Source: an uncultured Bacteroidales bacterium | Lineage (GTDB): Bacteria; Bacteroidota; Bacteroidia; Bacteroidales; VadinHA17 | Assembly (NCBI GenBank): GCA_963843635.1 | Contig: CAWJLF010000001.1 | Location: 10,352-74,351 of the forward strand | Reading direction: 5' to 3' | Length of the DNA: 64,000 nucleotides | Position numbers and translations under genes: made by a program | In this document: piece after piece, positions 11,047-22,100 of the stretch | Layout of the letters: each line of letters begins with the position of its first letter | Position numbering within the stretch: position 1 is the stretch's first letter | The notes under the pieces: model-generated | Told to the model about the DNA's origin: nothing | Database searches by the model: none | The model's input: only the letters and a program-made list of their open reading frames with translations

Positions 11047-11826
11047 ATGAAAAAAGTTATTTTGATTGTTGTGATTGTATTTGCAGCGGCCCAAGCATGG
11101 TCGCAGGATCCATTATTGTTTGACGCCAATGCCAAACAACCTGAAGACAGGAACTTCAAAATCCCTTTGATTGGAGATAAGGCCCCGGCATTTACTGCTG
11201 AATCAACCAATGGGATTGTTCATTTCCCTGGCGATTTTGGGAAAGACTGGAAAATTCTATTGAGTCACCCACAGGACTTCACTCCGGTATGTAGTTCGGA
11301 GATTCTGGAATTATCCAATTTACAACCTGAATTCGATAAACTGAATACCAAACTGGTTGTTGTCTCGGTTGACCCTCTGAGTACACATGTTCAGTGGAAG
11401 AAAGCGCTTGAAGGTCTTTCATATAAAGAGAGACAACCAGTTCCTATTAAATTTCCTTTGGTAGCGGATAATAACCTTGTAGTTTCCAAGGAGTATGGTA
11501 TGATCCATGCAGCTTCTAACACCTCACGCGATGTCAGGGGCGTATATATTGTTGATCCCGATAATGTTATAGAAGCAATATATTTTTATCCGTCCAAGGT
11601 AGGGAGGAATATGGATGAACTGGTGAGGATGGTTAAAGCTCTGCAGACAACCTATTCAGCCAATGTTATGACTCCGGCGAACTGGAAATCAGGTAATGAC
11701 CTGTTAATTCCCTATATCCCTAATGAGAAGGAATCTAAACAGGATCTGGAAAAACAGGGCATCTATAATCTTGCCTGGTTCATGTGGTATAAGAAACCGA
11801 ATTCTTCTGAAATGGGAGGAAATTAA
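11047..11826 (+). CDS. 1-Cys peroxiredoxin (Prx6 type) with N-terminal signal peptide
   Basis: SHPQDFTPVCSSE active site; GRNMDE and TPANW motifs; only one Cys; MKK plus hydrophobic stretch plus AWS-Q leader. Confidence 0.88.
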   Translation: MKKVILIVVIVFAAAQAWSQDPLLFDANAKQPEDRNFKIPLIGDKAPAFTAESTNGIVHFPGDFGKDWKILLSHPQDFTPVCSSEILELSNLQPEFDKLNTKLVVVSVDPLSTHVQWKKALEGLSYKERQPVPIKFPLVADNNLVVSKEYGMIHAASNTSRDVRGVYIVDPDNVIEAIYFYPSKVGRNMDELVRMVKALQTTYSANVMTPANWKSGNDLLIPYIPNEKESKQDLEKQGIYNLAWFMWYKKPNSSEMGGN

Positions 11827-11861
11827 TAACCTGTGTTTTCTCCGGAAATATAATGAGTCTT

Positions 11862-12017
11862 GGAGACTGTATCATAAGTTATTTCAACTGCAATGCCCGC
11901 GAGGCTGACATGCAATGCACACAAAAGAAATATTTAGATATTCAATCCTTTGCGACCTAAGCGTATATTCTTAGCGAACTTTGCGGTTATTGTATTTCAT
12001 CTTTTGATACAGTCTCC
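11862..12017. mobile_element. MITE-like palindromic element, copy 1
   Basis: 17-bp terminal inverted repeats GGAGACTGTATCATAAG / CTTTTGATACAGTCTCC (16/17). The interior is homologous, in reverse orientation, to 40379-40522. Confidence 0.7.
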
Positions 12018-12089
12018 CTTGTTTTCTCTCCCTTATAAAAGCAAGCTTTCAATGGTCGTAAAAACAAAAACCGGACACTGATGCAGGAG

Positions 12090-12501
12090 AAATTATGGGA
12101 ACCGGATTACTTACAGTGATCCATATTTGGGGCGTCTTACAACCAGAAAACCGGACTCTGCTTCGCAGAAACAAATTATGGGAACCGGATTACCTTAAGT
12201 GATCCGTATTTGGGGCGCCTTACAACCAGAAAACCGGACTCTGCTTCGCAGAAACAAATTATAGGAACCGGATTACCTTCAGTGATCCGTATTTGGGGCG
12301 CCTTACAACCAGAAAACCGGACTCTGCTTCGCAGAAACAAATTATAGGAACCGGATTACCTTAAGTGATCCGTATTTGGGGCGCCTTACAACCAGAAAAC
12401 CGGACTCTGCTTCGCAGAAACAAATTATGGGAACCGGATTACCTTCAGTGATCCGTATTTGGGGCGCCTTACAACCAGAAAACCGGACTCTGCTTCGCAG
12501 A
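12090..12501. repeat. 83-bp tandem repeat x5 downstream of tRNA-Val, bracketed by a 60-bp direct repeat (12019-12079 / 12511-12570)
   Basis: Unit starts AAATTAT(G/A)GGAACCGG at 12090, 12173, 12256, 12339 and 12422; no unique spacers. Confidence 0.97.
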
Positions 12502-12590
12502 TTCCGGTTTTTGTTTTTCTCCCTTATGAAAGCAAGCTTTCAACGGTCGTAAAAACAAAAACCGGACACTTGTGTCCGGTTTTCTGGTTG

Positions 12591-12665
12591 TGGGGGTTGA
12601 CGGATTCGAACCGCCGACCCTCTGCTTGTAAGGCAGATGCTCTGAACCAGCTGAGCTAAACCCCC
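12591..12665 (-). tRNA. trnV: tRNA-Val (TAC), CCA not encoded
   Basis: GGGGGTTTAGCTCAGCTGGTTCAGAGCATCTGCCTTACAAGCAGAGGGTCGGCGGTTCGAATCCGTCAACCCCCA folds as a cloverleaf. Confidence 0.97.
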
Positions 12666-12677
12666 TAAAAGAGAGTG

Positions 12678-12685
12678 CAAATATA
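12678..12685 (-). promoter_or_regulatory. Bacteroidota primary-sigma -7 box for tRNA-Val
   Basis: TATATTTG matches TAnnTTTG, with a TTTG about 20 bp further upstream. Confidence 0.65.
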
Positions 12686-13121
12686 GATTACATTTTCATT
12701 TTTACAAAAAAAACCATAATAATTATCTTACCTGTATTCATTACTTTCAGAGGGATTCTGATGAGGATTTAAGCTGGATTTCTATTGGTCATAAGAAATC
12801 AGGCATTAAGTTGGTAAATGAGAGGGTTAGTCAAAATGAGGACTATTTAAATCCTGCTTCTGCAACCTTTTTACATATTTTAGGTACAAATTATTAGCTA
12901 ATATATTAAAAGCAACCTATACCGTGTTTGATAAGTCATGTTAATAAGTTGAAAAGACTTGGAAAATAAAGTGATAGAGGTGATTAAAAATTGTATATAT
13001 TCGCTTTTAATATAGATTGAGAGAAATAACTGCAGTTCAATAAGGAAGTTATTGGTTGTGGTTAGCTATGTATTTGAAATACTGGATATTGTAACTGAAC
13101 TGAAAACTTGAACCTGACTAT

Positions 13122-16100
13122 ATGGAACATCAATCCTCCGTTTCAGAAATTTTAAAATTTAGATTTTCACCTTTTAGGACACATGTTCTAAAAAGAACGG
13201 ATTACAAAGAACATAATATTTCATCAGGGTTGCCTCATGTTTTTTCCCTGGGGAAGTACTGGATGATTTTTTTTATTCTGCTTTCTGTTTCGCTGATCTC
13301 TTCGGGCCAGGTGGCAGGCGATTATAGGTCGTTGGCAACTGGAAACTGGAATGCCAATACGACCTGGGAGAAGTTTAACGGATCGGTATGGAACCCATGT
13401 GTCGCTGGTGATTTCCCCGGGGCTGTCGCAGGCAATCCTGTTGTTTATATAAATGGGAATAATACAGTTACAGTGGTTTCTAACGTAACTAACAGTATAG
13501 GATCTCTGGTTTTTAACAGTGGGAGCGAATCTAATATTGTACAGTTCTCAGGCACATATTCACTTGACATAACAGGAGCTATTACTATAAACCATCCATC
13601 GGGAGGTACAAATATTAACGGGATATATATCAATTCAGGAAATGTTACATGTACTTCATTGACCAGCAGTAATTCCGGAAGTAACAGCAGGGGTTGCAGT
13701 GTTGCTATATCCGACGGAACACTGACTGTTAACGGGAACATTCAGATGGGAGCCAATTCGCTACAGAATGATATCACATTTACTGGGGCAGGAATAATGA
13801 ATGTTTCAGGTGACCTGACAACAGGTCACCTGACAGGGGCATCGAACAGCATAGTCAATATAGGGGGGACATTTGTTCCTTCAATATTTACGATTGGTAC
13901 CTCTACTGTCAATTATAACGGCGCCGACCAGAATATTGCGGCATATACTTATTTTAACCTTACTTGTTCAGGTAGTGGTACCAAGACTTTGCCAAATGTT
14001 AATGTTACGACAGATGGTGATCTGAATATCACTGGTACCATCCTGGCTTTTAATTCAGTTCAACTCAGGAATCTTGTAGTTAATGGAGACATGTCTGGTA
14101 CCGGAACACTGGACATGAGTGCAGGTGGGTTGAGCCACAGACTTTACCTGAACGGCCAGAACAATTCCATTACAGGATTTACACCCGGTTTTGGTACTGT
14201 GTATTATAGCGGAGTAGTGTCGCAGCAAATATTCCCGGGGACCTATTATAACCTTATTACCCAGACAAGTGACCAGATCAGGACAATACAGGGTGATTTG
14301 ATCATAACTAATAACCTGACTATAACCCTGGGAACTTTTGATTTTGGCAGCAGTGAAAGAAGTGTGACAGTATTTGGAAATCTTTCAGGTGCTGGTACAA
14401 TAGAAATGAGTGGGGCAGGACTGGCACATACACTGACTCTGGAAGGTGCCTCAAACAATATCACTATCTTCAATACCACAAATGGATCTGGAAGTACTGT
14501 AAACTATAACAGTGCAGGAGCTCAACAGGTCTTTGCCAGTGGTAATTATCAGAATGTAAACATTGGCGGATCTGGCATTAAAACACTGAATGCAGGTAAC
14601 AGCACCATCAACGGGAATCTTGACATTAGCGGGGCCACATTTGCTTTTAACAATACATTACAGACTCTGACCCTGAATGGTAATCTCTCGGGTGACGGTA
14701 CATTGGATATGAGTTCAGGAAATAGAACTCATGATTTATATTTGGGTGGCCAGACCAATACAATTGGAACACTAACTACTGGAACTGCTGCCAGTACTAT
14801 TAATTATAGCAGGGCAGGCGATCAGACTGTATTCGGTAGTTCCGAGTATCGTAATCTGACAATTTCAGGAGGTGGAAACAAAGCTTTAGATGGTGGAGTG
14901 ACTGTTGGTAGTACTCTTACACTTAATTCAGGTGTTTTGCAACTGGGATGGAACAATCTTACCCTGACTAATGCCACTGCAGTTGCAGGTGGCCCATTCA
15001 GCGCCACAACAATGATAGAGACAGATGGTAACGGACTTTTTATTCGTTCCGGTAACCTGACCAATCAAAGTTTCAACCTCACCTATCCTGTTGGTAGCGG
15101 GGGGTATTATAATCCATTGATAATATCCAATCTTAATAATATTGCTGCAGCGGCAAGAAGCATTTCCATTAGAGCTGTTCCTTCCAATTTAAATGTACTC
15201 TCCAATAGCATAAATAAGCACTGGGATATTACTGCAACGAATATTACGACCCAGGCATCCACAATCCTTTCATTTCAATTTGATGAAGGGGAAGTCGTAG
15301 GGCAATCCACATTGTTTCAGCCTTATACCAATGCTTCCGGAAGCTGGGCACTGGCAACAGGCCCATCTACCCCCGGCACAAATCCTTCTACCTCAACAGG
15401 TAGTCCAAATATTTCCGGACTATGGACTGTTGGATCACCGGGAACATTTTATTCTTATCAGACAGGGTATTGGGATCAGGCAAGTACCTGGACTACGGAT
15501 CCAGGAGGTACTACCGGACCTGGAACTGCTGTTCCGGGATCGAATGATAAAGTAGTAATATTGTCGGGACGTACAGTATCCCTTGAAAATGACGATTTTA
15601 GCCAGAACCTTGACATAACAATAACTAACGGTGGTATCCTTGACCTTACAACCTGGAGCTTTGGAAGTCCGCTGGCAGCACTCCATGGATCAGGAACTCT
15701 TAAACTGACTTCATCAAATTTCCCTGCATCAGTTGTAAATACTTTTGTGACCACAGATGGTGGTACTACTGAGTATAATTATAATGGGCCCTTATCCTCC
15801 TTACAATCTGTATATTATAACCTTACAATCAAAACAGCTTTCGGTACTACCGTTCAGGTAAATGACCTTACCATTAACGGGAATCTTAATGTTGCAGAAG
15901 GGACATTCCAGATAAATGACGGAACATCCAGAAGATTGAAACTTATTGTAAATGGAGATGTTACTGTAGATAATTCAGGTTCAATCGCAATAGGTACCGG
16001 AACCACAAGAACAAGTGCTGGGCCATTGCCTTCGATTACAGGTAGTACAGGCTTATTTCTTAATTACTATGAACTTAATTCTCACAGGATCCAAATATTT

Positions 16101-19100
16101 GGAAATTTTGTAAATAATGGCATAGTAAGGTTCTCGAACCTTGCAAACCCGGTTTATAATTCATTTCCATCTAGTGGTTTTGCTACTGTATATTTTCAGG
16201 GACTGAGTGACAAGACTATTACATGTAATGGTCAGACTGATTTTTATAACCTTGTTGTTGACAAGGGTACTGATCAGACCTTCAAATTAACTGTTAATTC
16301 CTCAACGTATAATAATTTCAGACTTTTCGGAGCAAACACATCTGATGGAAGTATCACTTTGCCAGCAACCCCTGCTGGGAATCCTAACCTGAAGAAAGCA
16401 TTATGGATTAAGAATGGAACACTTGTCCTGCAGGGTCTAATAGCTATACCATCACTATCAGAAGGAAATACTTCAGGAACTTATCAAAGTGATTTCTTCA
16501 TACCTGCAAATGGAGCTTTGGAACTTGACGGCGGAGGTGTTATTGTGCTGTCAACAGCTGACGATTATACAGAAGTAAATGCTGCATACGGATTATCTGG
16601 AGGTTCAAATGCTACATATGGAATTAATGCTTCCGGAGGGTACAGTGGATTATCTGTACTTGGTAAATTACAGATCAATAGTGGTTATCTCTCAACAAGG
16701 GAGTCTGCTGGTATTCTTTACTGGAGTTATGCACCAGGACAGTTTATCATGAATGGTGGCAAAGTTGATACAAAACAACTTCATAACCCCGAAGGAGGGT
16801 CCACAGGGTTAATCTCCTTTGTTCAGTCAGGGGGAAATATGATCATTAGAGGTCGTTTCAACAACACAATAAATTATAGTGTCCCTGCCGATCTTTCAAA
16901 CCCTGTTATGAATACAGCTCGAGTCAATGATGGTATTGATCCATCATCAGGCATTGGTGCTTTCAGTATTAATAATAATGCAGCGAATGGGTTTACAATG
17001 TCGGGCGGTACAATTTCAGTATATGATGTATGTAATACTTCGGGTACTCCACTTGCATTTCTTGTGAACTGTCCAAATGAAAATATCAATGTTACCGGTG
17101 GAACACTTCAGATTATCCCTACCACAGGTACAGGACCCGCTGATGCCAATTATTATATTAACAGTACTGCTCCTGTTAATAACTTATCTATTAACAGGGT
17201 TAGTGGGACATCGCTGGTACGACTCCTTGCAAATCCACTGGTTGTACTTAATAACCTGACTCTTACGTCAGGTGACCTGTCAGCAAATAACCTCGATGTG
17301 ACCATCGGGGGTAATTTTTCGTTAGCCGCGGGGACATCTTATAATACAGGTAGCAATACTACTATTTTGAATGGATCTGCCGATCAGTCTTTTACCATTA
17401 ACACGGCCTCTGCATTATCACTTAATAATTTTTCGATTGACAAACCTGTCGGAGTAGCTGTTAACATTGCCGGGACACAGGCAACCATGAATGTAACAGG
17501 TGATTTCAGCATGCTTTTAGCTACACTTAATGATAATGGCAAAACAATTAGTATTTCCGGCAATATATTCAACTCGGGTATCCATGCCGGTACCGGTAAA
17601 ATTATCCTTAACGGTGTCAATACTCAGACGATAAACGGTAATGGTACCTTTGGCAATGTCGATATTAATAATACAAATGCTACAGCCGCACCAGTCTCAC
17701 TGCTGGCAAATATGACAGTAAATGGAATTCTTTCATTTTTACAGAACAAGATCTTTAATATCAATACATATAACCTTAAGCTAAATGCCACAGCTGCAAT
17801 AGTTAATGGTGGCCCCCTTCGCTATGTCCGATCTGCAGGAAATGCAGGAGACGGGGGACTTACCAAAGTTTTTTCGTCATCAACTACATTCATTTTCCCT
17901 GTAGGTGTCGTAAATTATACCCCCGCATCAATCGGTTTAAGTTCAGCTCCGACAGCCTATGGATCAATAACAGTCATACCCGTTAATTTCGCTCATCCTA
18001 ATGTTACTGTTCCTGGAAGGAGCCTTTCATATTTTTGGCGGGTCAAATCATCAGGATTTATCCTGGGTGGAGCCACTGTCACCCAAGGATATACTTATGC
18101 TCAGGCAAATGTAGTAACAGGTGTCGGAATAAGTGAAGCTGAATATGTAGCAGCAAGATTTGATGCATCGACAAGTACCTGGACTAATGGCACTTCTGAT
18201 GATGTTGATGATACAAATAATATAATAGGAGAACCGGGAGCCGGTACTTTCCTTGAGAATGTAGCTTTTATAGATGGTGATTATACTGCTGGTGACAATA
18301 ATCCAACCAGTCCGTTCGGTACTCCCCAAATCTATTATAGTAGAATTAACGGAGCGGCATCAGGCGGCGGATTATGGAGCAGCATTAATACATGGTCTAC
18401 AGATCCGGTATTACAACATACAGGTGCCCCTGCAGGTACTGTTCCGGGAGCAGGTGATATCGTAATTATCGGTGGACGTGACTCTGTATACCTTGCTACC
18501 AATAACACGGTGGCTAACACAGATGTAAGGAATTGTGCCAGCCTGAAGATTGAAAAGGGATCAGCCCTTGATATCGGGTATAACCCGAATTCAAATTTTG
18601 GCATGGTACTCAGCAGTACAGGTGGAAACGGTAATTTTAGGTTAACATGTGATAGAGGACCTGATTATTATACTACTATAAGAACCTTTCAATTTCCGTC
18701 GGGAGATTTTTCTGATTTTAATGTAAATTTAGGCACAACCGAATTATATACAACAAATCCAGTTGCGGGTACTACTTTCTACCTTCCTAATGGGGTTTTA
18801 TCATTTGGGAACCTAATTATCTCCCCTTTAGGAGGTTCAAATATTATTTTTCCTAATAACGATCTGAGAATTTATGGTAACTTAGTTACAAGAGGCCAGA
18901 ATGCGGATTCATGGTTCTGTCCTACCTGGAACGTTAATTATCCAACTGTACCATCTGCAAGAATTGCCAAAACAATCACAATTGATGGAAACCTTGACAT
19001 CCAGGGAGGATCACTTATATGGTACGGTAACGGGGGATTGGCTCAAAACTTTGTGGTTCATGGAGATGTGAAGGTTGCAACGTTATCTGCATTGTATGTC

Positions 19101-22100
19101 TGGAGCGGTGCGACCAACCAGAGCATGGAGATAGGCGGCAGCCTGATAAATAATACCGACGGACAAAACCATGGTCTTTCAACACAGAGTAAGGTAGATT
19201 TCACACGAATTCCGGTTACTTTTTCCGGTTCCAATTCTGCAAGCATTACAAATACGGCAGGTAATCCCCTGACTGTATTCACAACAGTTACTGTCAATAA
19301 AGGGAATTCCCAGACCACTACACTTACTTGCGACATTGCAGGTACACTCAACACCCTTTCTGATAATTGGCTTACCCTTCAGAATGGAACATTCCGTTAT
19401 ATGAGAACGAATCCTAATTCTGATTTTACGATATCTACTACTACTCCTTTCATCATACCTTCAACAGCAGGGTTATATGTGAACCTTCCGTCCAATTCGG
19501 GTAACAGAAATATCCTAATCGGGAATACCAATAATAATGCCGGTGATCTTCTTTTAAGCGGTAAACTGACCCTGGTAAATGGTAATATATATGTTGGACG
19601 AACCGGTGGAACCGATAATCGGAACAATGACATTGAGTATACAACAAGCGGAGCTTCAGAAATTGAAGTACAGGGAGGCAGTCTTTATGTCAACGGACAG
19701 ATAAGACGTGATCCTCTGAATGCCGGAGGTGTTCTTATATACACCCAGAGTGGAGGAGCAGTTCAGATAAATGGTAACGCATCAAATTCAACCAATGCCA
19801 AATTTGAAGTACTCAACACTGGAAGTAATTTCACAATGTCAGGAGGTACAATTACAATTGTAAGGGGTAATGGATCAACAACAACTCCAGCTTCTCCATT
19901 CGGAGATTTATATATCCGCCCAGCAACAGGAACAATTTCAGGTGGTACAGTAGTTTTTGACCATACAGGCGTTAATTCACCGGAAAACTATTTTCTTGAA
20001 ACTAATATTCCATTAAATAATATTACGGTTACTAGTGTTAGTGCTGCCAATTATTCAAAAGTACGGATACTGACAAGTCCTCTGGTCGTTAATGGGAATA
20101 TGATAATTAATGCAAACAGTGTTTTAGATGCGAATAATATTAATGTTACTTTTAATGGTAACCTTATAAATACACCCGGAATTGGTGGTTATATCTACGG
20201 AACAAATATTACGACTTTTAATGCCCCTGCCGGGGGAGCAGTTGCAGGAGCACAAACCGTCACCGGGGCAACAAATTTTTACGATCTGGTTGTTAATCCG
20301 TCCACCTCTCTCACACTGACGAGTCCATCAACTGTTTACAGAAACATGACTATCACTACCGGTACCCTGATTCTCGCTGGTAATCCAGTCACCCTGCTTG
20401 GCGACTTAACTAACAACGCAAGTTATACTGACAACAATACTGTCGGCAGTGGTATTATTCTGAACGGGTCAGCACAACAGAAAATAACCGGAACCGGATC
20501 ATTTGCCAGGTTGACCCTGGATAATTCAAATGGTGCCAGGACGGAAAGTAATATTACACTACAGGAGGATCTGACACTGACAAATGGAATTCTTGATATT
20601 AATTTACATTTGATCACACTGGGTGTCAACAGTCTTATTCAGGGTTCTTCTTTCGGAGTAACCAAGATGATCGCCTCAGATGGAGTCTTTAGTAATGTGG
20701 GTATCAGGAAATTCTTTAATCCGGGTGCTATTTCATTTCTTTACCCAATAGGAACATCGGGGAAATATACGCCGGCACTTTTAACTGCTAGTTCAAGTAA
20801 TACAGTTGGCTTTGTGCGTATTAATAATATCAACAGCCAACATCCGGCAGTCACTGATCCAAATAACGCCCTCCAGTATTACTGGGATGTACAAAGCTCA
20901 GGTATAACTAATTTTACAGGAAGCCTTGTTCTTAACTATTTACAGTCAGACGTAGTCGGCGATGAACCTAATTATCTGGCAGCCAGATTAATAGTTCCAG
21001 GCACTGCGTGGAGTCTGACAGCAGGTGTGGATGCTACACTGAACACAATTACCAAAAATTTCCTCGGGTTAAACAACCTGAGCGGTGAATATACTGCCGG
21101 AGTTGCCTCCGTATTCCCCGGCAATGTACCTATTTACACCTCTAATGCAGATGGGAACTGGACTGATCCTACTATTTGGACTCAAACCGGAGGTGATCCG
21201 TATCCTTGTCCTCCCGGAGGTCCAAATGGATTTATTGTAGTTATAAATCATGTTGTGACACTGGATGCCAATTATTGTTCTGCATACCGGACAACAATCA
21301 ATAATGAATTGAGGGCAGTATCCACGCATTACGGGCATAATCTTGGAACTGTCGATGGTAGTGGTACCTTATATCTTGAGAGTGGCTCTTTCCCTGCAGG
21401 ACTTTATACTTCATTTCTGGGTTGTGCAAATAACTCAACCGTGGAATATGGCGGGTCAGGAACATACACCATAATTGCAGATCTTTATGATGATATTTCC
21501 AATATAACTTTCTCAGGCACAGGAACGCGTGTTCTGCCAAACAAGGATCTTACAATATGCAATACCTTTAAGATTGACGGACCTCTTGTTGACAATAGTA
21601 TTTACAATAAGAAACTGGTTATCAAGGGTACCATGGAAAGGTATAACACAGGTTCATTTAAAAGAGGTACAGGACCTGGTGCAACAGTTTCTTTCTCGGG
21701 AACATCACCACAGACCATCGGGGGTGTATCAGGTGATTTCACCGGGACAAATGCTTTCAATAACCTGGAGATAAACAACTTAGCCGGTCTCAGGATAAAT
21801 GATGGTGGGGCAGTGGATGTGGCAGGTAATTTATTACTTACAAATGGATTGATTAATACCGCATCTACCAGAACACTGACAATTACTAATTCCTTAGTTA
21901 ATTGTGTCGTGCCGGCCGGTGGAAGCATTACTTCATTTGTTGACGGTCCACTTGTTAAGAAGATCAGTATGTTTGATAACTTCCTTTATCCTATAGGGAA
22001 GAATATATCTGGTGTGGGGAATGTTCTCGGAAATAATATCAGGATATCTTCCACACAGAGCGGGCCAGCATTATGGTCAGTTGAATATTATAATCCTAAC

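Noticed and set aside
12090-12501. CRISPR array
   Set aside because: Whole 83-bp units repeat with no unique spacers and there are no cas genes; the same applies to the 127-bp array at 53372
12459-12659. 66-aa ORF
   Set aside because: Lies antisense to tRNA-Val and inside the repeat; spurious
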